From assembly GCA_014382365.1 (NCBI GenBank), contig JACNJW010000044.1:7368-71367 (forward strand): a stretch of DNA of 64,000 bases, in the 5' to 3' direction. Source of the stretch: SAR324 cluster bacterium. Lineage in GTDB: Bacteria; SAR324; NAC60-12. Below are positions 41,502 to 49,542 of the stretch, piece after piece (the stretch's first letter is position 1; each line of letters opens with the position of its first letter). Position numbers and translations under genes: made by a program. The notes below the pieces were generated by a model. It was not told the DNA's origin. It made no database searches and worked only from the letters and a program-made list of their open reading frames with translations.

Positions 41502-42803
41502 TCAGCACTTAATTCCCAAACGAGGCAATAAAGGCATCATCAACTCACCTACGCTTTGATTTTCCTGAAAACTCCAATCCAGACCTAATAACATATCCAG
41601 TGGATGAACTGCAGTTCCTGCCTGATCAAGGCTGCGTCCACTGGTCAGGGCAGCAGTGTTGACAGCACTGACAATTTCCTGTTCCAGCAAATCCAGTTTT
41701 AGCCACTTTCGTTTAAATTCTGCAAGATATTCAACTTGCTCAAAGCTGCCGAAACAAGTCAGAGAATTAATAAAACACAGTGTCGTAAATGTTAAAAATA
41801 ATCCGGGACAGAGTGTTCCGCTTTCCAGTTCCCTGATGATATTTTCCGGAGTTGCTTCAATTTGAAAATTCTGACTCTGCAGCAGATCGCCTTTAAATAT
41901 GAGTGCTTCCTGCCGGATTCTGTTCTTGTGTTTGACTTCAACTGAGAAAAAAGGAGTTTGCTGAGAAAATTCTGCCAACACAGAATTACGGATGGTTTTT
42001 GTAAACAACAAATGAAAAAGGGGGTGTTCTGAGTTTTTCAAGACCAGCAGCAGATATGTGCGGATGACTTCGTTCAGATCAAAATAGAGCAGTGATTTGC
42101 CGGGTACGATTTGGCGCAGTTGATTTGCACAAAACTCTGCTGCCCAAGCCGTAAATTCCGCCCCTGCCTTTAGCTTTGGCGAATTTCTACGTAGCGGTTC
42201 TGCTGCATAGTCTAAAAGATTGACCAGCTTTTCCGGAACCTTACTTTGGAAAACACGTGAATCCCTCATACTTCCCGGAATGAGTGAAATCCGCCGCTGC
42301 TCTGAGTCTCGTAAGCGGTCTAAGTCTGCCCGTTTTAGCTCGGCGAATGTCGGAGATTTTGAACCTATTACCTCTTCCAACTCAAACCGGCTGCTGAAAT
42401 TAAGACAGCCTGACCAGGCGGAATTTGCAAAGGAAACTCCGGAATATGCTCCTACAAAATATGTTCCTGCAGCAGGTAATGCTAACAAACTCAAATGATG
42501 CAGTGCCAAAAATGTTGGTCCCTCAGAAGCAGTCAAATGTGTTGCAGTCTGTAAAACACGATTCCTCTTAAGAAGCATGGAAAAGTCTTTTGCCTCTTCC
42601 GCAGTATAACCAATTCTGCAAAATTCTGTTTCAAACGCTGCCTGCAGTTCTGTTTCAAACGGTGCCTGAACAGTTGAATTACTCCAGAGAAGTTTGGCAT
42701 ATTCTGTCAACGGCATCTCCCAGATCTCAGCCAAAATTTTTGCCAATTCAGGTCGGTCTGCTTTTTGGAGTGCACTGCAGATTATTTTTTTGTCAAACGG
42801 CAT
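41502..42803 (-). CDS. Hypothetical cytoplasmic protein (433 aa), no recognisable domain
   Basis: Long uninterrupted ORF with normal composition. Internal near-repeat APFETELQAAFETEF. Confidence 0.5.
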   Translation of the reverse strand: MPFDKKIICSALQKADRPELAKILAEIWEMPLTEYAKLLWSNSTVQAPFETELQAAFETEFCRIGYTAEEAKDFSMLLKRNRVLQTATHLTASEGPTFLALHHLSLLALPAAGTYFVGAYSGVSFANSAWSGCLNFSSRFELEEVIGSKSPTFAELKRADLDRLRDSEQRRISLIPGSMRDSRVFQSKVPEKLVNLLDYAAEPLRRNSPKLKAGAEFTAWAAEFCANQLRQIVPGKSLLYFDLNEVIRTYLLLVLKNSEHPLFHLLFTKTIRNSVLAEFSQQTPFFSVEVKHKNRIRQEALIFKGDLLQSQNFQIEATPENIIRELESGTLCPGLFLTFTTLCFINSLTCFGSFEQVEYLAEFKRKWLKLDLLEQEIVSAVNTAALTSGRSLDQAGTAVHPLDMLLGLDWSFQENQSVGELMMPLLPRLGIKC

Positions 42804-42820
42804 TCGTTATATCTTGAAAA

Positions 42821-43327
42821 TTGTTAATTGAATGCATAAACTTTTCACTTCATCTTTCAAAGTCTCATCGAACTACAGTTTTGGATTCCAGACCTCTTTT
42901 AAAAATTTGCCGCCATTTTGACGGAATGCCTCTGCCCAAACGGGGACATGAGTCAGATGCAGGGATTGACCTGACAGCCATGGCAGTGACACAAAAACGT
43001 CCGGATATTTTCCTTTTTGATACAGGAATTTCGATCCATCTTAGTCCCGGATATTATGTTGAAATAGCACCTCGTTCCAGTATCATCAAAACAGATTTCT
43101 TTTTAGCAAACAGTCTGGGAATCATTGACCCGGACTACCGGGGACGTATCTTTATCCCCTTCCGCTACGTGGGCAGCGGTGATGGAATGCCGGCGGCCCA
43201 GAAACTCCTGCAGCAGCGTATCGCACAAATGCTGGTACGCAAGCTGGAAACCTGCCGCATTGAAGCAGTCGATTCTCTTGAAGATACCATGCGCGGAGAA
43301 GGCGGCTTTGGCAGTACCGGACAATAA
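42821..43327 (+). CDS. dut: dUTP diphosphatase
   Basis: SDAGIDL, GIIDPDYRG and the C-terminal RGEGGFGSTG motif. TTG start taken from the ORF track; the true start is uncertain. Confidence 0.8.
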   Translation: MLIECINFSLHLSKSHRTTVLDSRPLLKICRHFDGMPLPKRGHESDAGIDLTAMAVTQKRPDIFLFDTGISIHLSPGYYVEIAPRSSIIKTDFFLANSLGIIDPDYRGRIFIPFRYVGSGDGMPAAQKLLQQRIAQMLVRKLETCRIEAVDSLEDTMRGEGGFGSTGQ

Positions 43328-43343
43328 GTACTGTCCAAACTGC

Positions 43344-44159
43344 TTAATCTCCAACTTCACTGATTGCTTTTATTTCGATAGCGAGTACCTCCCAGCCTGG
43401 TGGATTCCGACGAAAAGTTAAAGAAACTATAACTTCTTTACCGCTATCTTCTTCTCCAACACGGACTCTTACCAGTGAGGGGTTTTTAGTATTTTCCCGC
43501 AAATCTAAATGCATTTCCGGTTCCTCAATTTCCGAAACCTGTTCCAGTAACAACTGCAGTTGAGGATGAGCACGAATTGCAAGTTCTGCAGTTTGATATG
43601 CAGAAGTTTTTTCGATACCAGAACGTTGAAATAAAATTGCAGCAGTGAAAAAACCAAACAGAATAATGTTGCCCAGTAATATCCGTAAAGTCGGACGCAT
43701 TGCTTTTTGATCATCCAGCACAACTGTTTTCCACCACTTGTCAGCCAACCGCCGAGCATAACTATCCCGCATAAGCACCACACCTTCCAGAGGAAAAATC
43801 AACAGCAGCAAGTTCCTTTGCAAAAGCACGCTTAATGCCGGACGTTCTTCAAAGTTTTCAATTTTCCTGATTGTCATGCCCAATAAAAGCTTACCCAGAC
43901 TTCTGCCAAAGATATCCTTAAACAGTAACACAAAAGCAATACTGCCGTAAAAAGAGACTAAAGCAGAGAGATCACGGGACTGCATAACTAAATCCCAATG
44001 CTCTTCACGAAAGACCTGCACTAAAGTGTTTGCAAGGAGCAGGGAAAAAATAAAATCCAGCAGCAGAGCAAACAAGCGCTTTCCTTTAGACGAAACCCGC
44101 AAACGGTTTTCGCCGGCTGGCTGCCGGGATTCAGTTTCAGGTTTTACTGTGGAATTCAT
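43344..44159 (-). CDS. RDD-family membrane protein with a C-terminal soluble domain
   Basis: KRLFALLLDFIFSLLL pattern and 3-4 TM segments. The ATG overlaps the upstream stop (ATGA). Confidence 0.5.
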   Translation of the reverse strand: MNSTVKPETESRQPAGENRLRVSSKGKRLFALLLDFIFSLLLANTLVQVFREEHWDLVMQSRDLSALVSFYGSIAFVLLFKDIFGRSLGKLLLGMTIRKIENFEERPALSVLLQRNLLLLIFPLEGVVLMRDSYARRLADKWWKTVVLDDQKAMRPTLRILLGNIILFGFFTAAILFQRSGIEKTSAYQTAELAIRAHPQLQLLLEQVSEIEEPEMHLDLRENTKNPSLVRVRVGEEDSGKEVIVSLTFRRNPPGWEVLAIEIKAISEVGD

Positions 44160-45058
44160 GGCCTCTCAGCATAATCATGCAAAAATTCACGGATAACTTT
44201 TGCCACCGCTTCCGGATTATCAAGATGTAGGTGATGTTCTCCTGCAACGATGCGGTGCTGCAGAGTTTTTGTACAGGGAATTCGTTTCTGCAAAAGATCA
44301 CTCCATGGTTCTACCTTAGCATTTTCTGCTTCAATCAACAGTATTGGTGCAGTAATTTTTTGTAGAAATGCACAGGCTTGTTCTTCAGTGAAAAAATGAC
44401 GTGATTTAATTTTTAAACGTGGATCACTCCTCCAGGTGAAACCTCCATCCACCGGCTGTAAACCCCTGGAAACCAAAGCCCGCACTGATGATTTTGTGAT
44501 TCCACCAACATGGTGGCGGACCTTGACTGCAGTTTCCATGTCCGGATAAAGCGGCAGTTTCTTTTCTGAACGGCCTTGCCATTGTCTGGCAGCTTCACGT
44601 AAATTTTCAGGCATATTTTCCGGATTTTGAACTATTGAACCTAGGCCTTCTATTAACATCAGATAGCGAATTTTTTCAGGAATTGTTCCTGCCAGATAAG
44701 ACGCAATTCCTGCTCCCATTGAATGTCCAAGCAAGGAAAAACTCTCCCATCCCAAAACTGCTGTCACTTCCAGCACATCTACAACCATGTCTGAGAAATG
44801 ATAGGCCGTGCCAGAAGGTCTGTGATCAGAAAAACCATGTCCTGGCAAATCAAGTGAGACCAGACGAAATTGTGGTAATAACGGTGCCAAATGGTCAAAA
44901 CTTGCCGCATTATCGAGCCAACCGTGTAATGCCAGCACGGGCATTCCCTCAGGATTACCCCAGCATTTTGCGACTAAGCGCAAGGATGAAGTTTGAATTT
45001 CCAACTCTTGCGGAGCATTTGAAGTTGGGCTGCTAAAGCTGTTGTTCATCTTCTTCAT
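44156..45058 (-). CDS. Alpha/beta-fold hydrolase
   Basis: LALHGWLDN, nucleophile elbow GHSMGA, C-terminal GEHHLH. Start re-picked at MKKMNN (45058), giving an ATGA overlap with the upstream stop. Confidence 0.75.
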   Translation of the reverse strand: MKKMNNSFSSPTSNAPQELEIQTSSLRLVAKCWGNPEGMPVLALHGWLDNAASFDHLAPLLPQFRLVSLDLPGHGFSDHRPSGTAYHFSDMVVDVLEVTAVLGWESFSLLGHSMGAGIASYLAGTIPEKIRYLMLIEGLGSIVQNPENMPENLREAARQWQGRSEKKLPLYPDMETAVKVRHHVGGITKSSVRALVSRGLQPVDGGFTWRSDPRLKIKSRHFFTEEQACAFLQKITAPILLIEAENAKVEPWSDLLQKRIPCTKTLQHRIVAGEHHLHLDNPEAVAKVIREFLHDYAERP

Positions 45059-45918
45059 AACAAGTCTGCCATCTTCAAAAATGCTGACACTGTTTTTTGA
45101 AAAGCTACCGGCTGTTCTGCATGTAACCAATGTCCAGAGTTTTTCAGCATAGTCACACGGCTACCTGGAAACAGTTTGCGGATTTGTGGATGATACTCCG
45201 GCTTTATATAAGAAGAGTTTTGACCTCCAACAAAAAGTGCAGGGCCTGAAAAAACTTTTTCTTGTTCAAAACTCCTGAATAGTTCCGAGAGTCCTGAAGC
45301 AATTTGTTCCAAGCCGATTTTCCACTTAAAAACATTTTTTTTACGAGTTAGATTGGTCATGATGAAAGCAAGAATATATTTTTCATCAATTTTCTGTGCT
45401 AATTTTTTTTCAATTTCAGCACGAGTCATTTCAGCAGGTAACCCCAAGTCCTGCATTGCCTGAATAATTTCAAGAGGTTTTTTGTAGTGCTCGTATTGAA
45501 CTGGTGCCATATCAACCACTATCAGTCCTGCAACCCTTTCTGGAAAGTTCAATGCCAACTGCATTGCAGTTTTACCGCCCATGCTGTGTCCCAGTAGCAT
45601 GACTCTTTCCAGCTCATTTTCATCCAAAAAGTTAACAACATCTTCTGCCATTTTCTGATAACTCATCGATTCTGCATGAGGTGAATCACCATGATTACGT
45701 GCATCGAGCAGCCAGACTTGAAAACTGTTTTCCAGACTATGTGCAAAACTGCGCCAATTTTTACCTGAACCAAATAAGCCATGTAAAACAATCATGTCTC
45801 TGCCTGCATTTCCATGTTTTCTATAGTTCAGCGGCAATGCTACATTTCTGCTTGAAGACATTAAAATATTTCTTAATTGATTTAAAAAAGCCTGTGAGAA
45901 AAAAGTGTTCTCCTGCAA
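45055..45918 (-). CDS. Alpha/beta-fold hydrolase (YbfF-like esterase)
   Basis: VLHGLFGSGKNW, GHSMGG and SGHWLH. The true start may be the internal MSSSRN (45861). Confidence 0.75.
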   Translation of the reverse strand: MQENTFFSQAFLNQLRNILMSSSRNVALPLNYRKHGNAGRDMIVLHGLFGSGKNWRSFAHSLENSFQVWLLDARNHGDSPHAESMSYQKMAEDVVNFLDENELERVMLLGHSMGGKTAMQLALNFPERVAGLIVVDMAPVQYEHYKKPLEIIQAMQDLGLPAEMTRAEIEKKLAQKIDEKYILAFIMTNLTRKKNVFKWKIGLEQIASGLSELFRSFEQEKVFSGPALFVGGQNSSYIKPEYHPQIRKLFPGSRVTMLKNSGHWLHAEQPVAFQKTVSAFLKMADLL

Positions 45919-46103
45919 CCATCAGATCATAATCCAACAGATTGCTCAATCCATTCCGTTGAACTGCTGTTGGAATTGTTGGGTACAAAAACAAATGCAG
46001 TTGTGATAGCTTTCAAGATAATTCACACCTGCTAAACAGTAGCAAACTTTCACTGTATCAGTTAAAATGCAGTAATATACTCTCAACTTTAACAGAGCTC
46101 AAC

Positions 46104-46634
46104 TTGAAGACTGAAGTTTCAGCAAAACTGATTTTTGGAGCCATTTACTCTGAGCTACTGATTTTGGAACAGGCAATCACACATCTGGCTGAACAGCATT
46201 GGTCCGTCCAGAGGGAATCTCCAGAATATTCCTTTGACAAAACTGATTATTATGCTCCGGAAATGGGCAGCTGCCTGAAACGTCGTTTTTATAGTCTGGA
46301 AGGAATCTACAGTCTTGAGTCTGCTACGGACTGGAAACTCCGGATGCAGAAAATAGAAAACCACTTAAGTCATAATGGTAAACGAAAAATCAATCTTGAT
46401 CCCGGCTACCTTGATCTTCAGCGTGTAGTCTTGCTTTCTGCAAAAGAAGGTCCTCAAAAAATTTATCTGGGCAAAAAGGTTTGGGCAGATCTTGTTTTAT
46501 TGAAGGCAAAGGGCGGATATCAAAATCTGGCCTGGACTTTTCCTGATTTGCGGGATGGTCGATATAATGATTTTTTTTTAGCAGTCCGGTCTGATTTTAA
46601 GACAGAAAAATTACTCAGTCCCAAAAAACTTTAA
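46104..46634 (+). CDS. DUF4416-like protein
   Basis: FDKTDYYAPEMG, INLDPGYL and WTFPDLR resemble the DUF4416 pattern as I recall it. TTG start. Confidence 0.5.
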   Translation: MKTEVSAKLIFGAIYSELLILEQAITHLAEQHWSVQRESPEYSFDKTDYYAPEMGSCLKRRFYSLEGIYSLESATDWKLRMQKIENHLSHNGKRKINLDPGYLDLQRVVLLSAKEGPQKIYLGKKVWADLVLLKAKGGYQNLAWTFPDLRDGRYNDFFLAVRSDFKTEKLLSPKKL

Positions 46635-46697
46635 ACAAAGAGTTCTTGTTGCTGAAGACTCTCAGTTTCATTGAGTAAAATAATTAACATAATATTT

Positions 46698-47618
46698 ATG
46701 CAGACAGATCAAAAAATTATAGTAGTGGCCGGACCAACGGCAAGTGGGAAAAGCGACTTGGCAATGAATCTGGCACAGGAATTTAACGGAGAGTTGATTT
46801 GCTCTGATTCAATGCAGGTTTATCGGAAGATGGATATCGGCACTGCCAAGCCAACCTTGGCAGAACAAAAACTGGTTCCATATCATCAATTGGATCTGAT
46901 TGATCCCGATGGGCATTACTCAGCCGGTCAATACGAACGGGACACTTCACTAATCATAAAGCAAATACAGGAGCGGGGACACCTCCCAATTTTAGTTGGA
47001 GGTACAGGTTTGTATTATCGTGCATTGATGTATGGAATCAGTAATATTCCGGACATTCCTGAAAGTCTACGGGAGGAAATTTTAGGCTGGCAAACTGAGC
47101 ATGGTACTTCCTATTGCTGGAATCAACTGCAAAAACATGATCCGGAAGGCGCCGCTCGCCTTCATCCTAACGATACTGCACGAATTTTGCGCAGCCTTGA
47201 AGTAGTTCTGGCTACAGGAAGAACTTTAACTTCCTTTCAACAGCAACAGCCATTTTCGAAAGCACGTTATGAGTTTCAGGCAGTTGCACTGGAATGGGAA
47301 CGCAGCCGGCTTTACGAACGGATTAACCAACGTACCCGCAGCATGTTGGACTCCGGCTGGATTGCAGAGGTTGAAATGCTGTTGACACAATATCCTCCAA
47401 AGCTCAAACCACTGCAGGCAATTGGTTACCGGGAAATAGTTCAGTATCTTCATGCTGAATTGGAGTGGGAACCCATGGTTCAAAGAATCCAACAACGTAC
47501 CCGCCAATATGCCAAGCGGCAAATGACATGGTTCAAAAAAGAGGATCAGGTCGAATGGTATCGACCGGATGTTGAAGCATCCATTCTGACACAAATCAAA
47601 AGTTTTTTGTCCCGATAG
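46698..47618 (+). CDS. miaA: tRNA dimethylallyltransferase
   Basis: VVAGPTASGKS and SDSMQVYRKMDIGTAKPT. Start re-picked at MQTDQK. Confidence 0.9.
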   Translation: MQTDQKIIVVAGPTASGKSDLAMNLAQEFNGELICSDSMQVYRKMDIGTAKPTLAEQKLVPYHQLDLIDPDGHYSAGQYERDTSLIIKQIQERGHLPILVGGTGLYYRALMYGISNIPDIPESLREEILGWQTEHGTSYCWNQLQKHDPEGAARLHPNDTARILRSLEVVLATGRTLTSFQQQQPFSKARYEFQAVALEWERSRLYERINQRTRSMLDSGWIAEVEMLLTQYPPKLKPLQAIGYREIVQYLHAELEWEPMVQRIQQRTRQYAKRQMTWFKKEDQVEWYRPDVEASILTQIKSFLSR

Positions 47619-47721
47619 TTGTCAGGCAATCAGCTAAATATTTTAGTGAACCATCCGTTTCATTTGACAGAATATTCAGCCGTTACGACTTGGTAACTTA
47701 AACGATATTTCCTACGAGCAC

Positions 47722-47743
47722 CATGTTACAAATTTGTAACATG
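47722..47743. promoter_or_regulatory. Perfect 22-bp palindrome CATGTTACAAA|TTTGTAACATG in the 480-bp spacer upstream of the respiratory island
   Basis: Read directly; both arms are 11 bp with no mismatch. TGT-N12-ACA architecture, about 290 bp upstream of the candidate sigma-54 promoter. Confidence 0.45.
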
Positions 47744-48033
47744 AATGTCAGCTGATAGAACCTCCATTCTTATGAATCGCCCGCCTTCAGCAAAAAAATA
47801 AATATTTATTTCTGACTTTTCTTCATTTTCCATTAGCAGGAAATATTACCAGTTCAAATGCCACAAGATAAAACCTGTTTGCAGTATAATCATTTGTATT
47901 ATCATACTTTTAAGTATAATGATATAAAATTCTTTTTCGAAAATAAGCCATTATTAACATATCTGATTTTTTAAGAATACCGAACACATCCTCCAGCTTG
48001 AAACTTGGAACCATCGGTTCCGTGAATTAGTTA

Positions 48034-48049
48034 GGGAATACACGTTGCA
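48034..48049 (+). promoter_or_regulatory. Candidate sigma-54 (-24/-12) promoter for the cytochrome c-FeS-Mo operon
   Basis: GGGAAT-ACACG-TTGCA. GG (48035-36) and GC (48047-48) have the canonical 12-nt register, and the -12 TTGCA is perfect. The -24 half matches only GG+A. It lies 50 nt before the ATG at 48099, and a sigma-54 activator is encoded at 60383. Confidence 0.35.
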
Positions 48050-48098
48050 GAAGTGACAAACTTGATTTGTTTTTACTAAGCTTCAAGATCGGATAATC

Positions 48099-48746
48099 AT
48101 GCTTAAAATACGGATTCCACATTTTATTCTGTTGACTATTGTACTGTTCACTACAGTTGTTATAGGCAATATTCTTGCTCTGCCCCCTGTTGCTGAGGCG
48201 GCCGGATTTATGGGGCATAAAAAGAAAAAGGGCTGTACCAAGTGCCATAAACAACAATATAAATCTTGGAAAAAGATGCGCCACGCCAAGGCGATGAAAA
48301 CCTTGATGCCCGGAGAATTTGCCGAAGAAAAAATAAAGGCTAAACTTGATCCGGATAAGAATTACATCAAGGATAAAAAATGTTTGAAATGCCACACCAC
48401 CGGACTCGACAAAGGCGGGTATTCTGTTGGGAACAAAAAAAAGATGAGAAGTTTCTATGCCGTTGGTTGCGAGGAGTGTCATGGGAAAGGGAAGAAATAT
48501 CAGAAGGTGAAGAATAAATACGAACAAGATGACTTTCCTCGCGATGAGGTCATTAAGGCCGGGATGAAATACGGGGAAAAGGAGGTCTGCGAAAAATGCC
48601 ATAATGATGACAGTCCTTTCAATGCCGCACTTGATCCCAAATATGCGTTTGATTACAAAAAAATGCTCAAAAAAGGAACACATAAACATTTCCGGCTGAA
48701 AAAGCATTCTCCCCGTAAGGGAAGTGAATGGTTATATGAGGATTAA
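48099..48746 (+). CDS. Periplasmic tetrahaem cytochrome c, lysine-rich
   Basis: Signal peptide (ALPPVAEA-AG). Four CxxCH motifs (CTKCH, CLKCH, CEECH, CEKCH). 43 Lys in 215 aa by my count. Confidence 0.85.
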   Translation: MLKIRIPHFILLTIVLFTTVVIGNILALPPVAEAAGFMGHKKKKGCTKCHKQQYKSWKKMRHAKAMKTLMPGEFAEEKIKAKLDPDKNYIKDKKCLKCHTTGLDKGGYSVGNKKKMRSFYAVGCEECHGKGKKYQKVKNKYEQDDFPRDEVIKAGMKYGEKEVCEKCHNDDSPFNAALDPKYAFDYKKMLKKGTHKHFRLKKHSPRKGSEWLYED

Positions 48747-48852
48747 CTGATTTTACCCTCGGTTTTTTTAAATTTGGAATAATGTCCACTGAATTCCGGG
48801 GAGCACCGGTGGATATTTTTGTTTTGATTAACAAATAATAGGAGACGGAAAG

Positions 48853-49506
48853 ATGGCTAAGAAAATAAAGTATGCAATGGTGATTGACATCAACCGTTGC
48901 ATTGGTTGCAAGGCCTGCATGACTTCATGCAAGGCTGAAAACGAAGTGCCCCTGGGGGTTTTCCGGAATCACGTACGTGAACTGGAGAAGGGGATTTATC
49001 CCAATATGAAGAAAATTTTTCTTCCGGTTTTGTGCAATCAGTGCGATAAACCGGCCTGTAAAGCGGCACTTCCAGAAGGATATGAAGATGCTATTACCAA
49101 ACGTGATGACGGCATTGTTGTTTGGGATGAAGCCAAATGCAAAGGCAAAGTAGCCGAAGCGGCGATCGAGGGTTGTCCGTACAGTAATCCCTATATGCAC
49201 CCACAAAAGAATGTTTTCCAAAAATGCGATTACTGTGCGCATCGTGTGGATGCCGGATTGCAACCCGCCTGCGTGGCGACCTGCATCGGCGGGGCAAGGA
49301 TTTTTGGCGATGTCAATGATTCGACCAGCGATGTTTTCAAATATATGGCAACTCACTCGACTCATGTTCTAAAACCGGAGGAAGGTACTGAGCCAAACAC
49401 ATATTATGTGGCTTTGGATAGAATAACTGCCGAACGGCTGGAAGGTTCACAACAATTGCCTCCCACGGATGCTACTGAAATTGCAGTTGAAAACTTCAGC
49501 GGTTAA
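48853..49506 (+). CDS. Fe-S (beta) subunit of the molybdopterin oxidoreductase; apparently a 3-cluster variant, no signal peptide
   Basis: CIGCKACMTSC, CNQCDKPAC..LP, C-x11-CP and CDYC..C...C. AGGAG RBS. Confidence 0.8.
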   Translation: MAKKIKYAMVIDINRCIGCKACMTSCKAENEVPLGVFRNHVRELEKGIYPNMKKIFLPVLCNQCDKPACKAALPEGYEDAITKRDDGIVVWDEAKCKGKVAEAAIEGCPYSNPYMHPQKNVFQKCDYCAHRVDAGLQPACVATCIGGARIFGDVNDSTSDVFKYMATHSTHVLKPEEGTEPNTYYVALDRITAERLEGSQQLPPTDATEIAVENFSG

Positions 49507-49542
49507 AACCATCATTTTGCACTAAATATATAAGGAGATACC

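Noticed and set aside
47619-48098. Moco riboswitch upstream of the molybdoenzyme operon
   Set aside because: Only a loose CCTCCAGC resemblance to the conserved CCUCCGAGC element. I could not trace the expected helices. The candidate sigma-54 start would leave only a ~40-nt leader.
48027-48707. 226-aa minus-strand ORF covering the first cytochrome c gene
   Set aside because: It is the antisense mirror of a Lys-rich gene (AAA/AAG codons read as TTT/CTT, giving a Phe/Leu-rich product). It has no motifs, whereas the plus-strand frame has four CxxCH motifs and a signal peptide.
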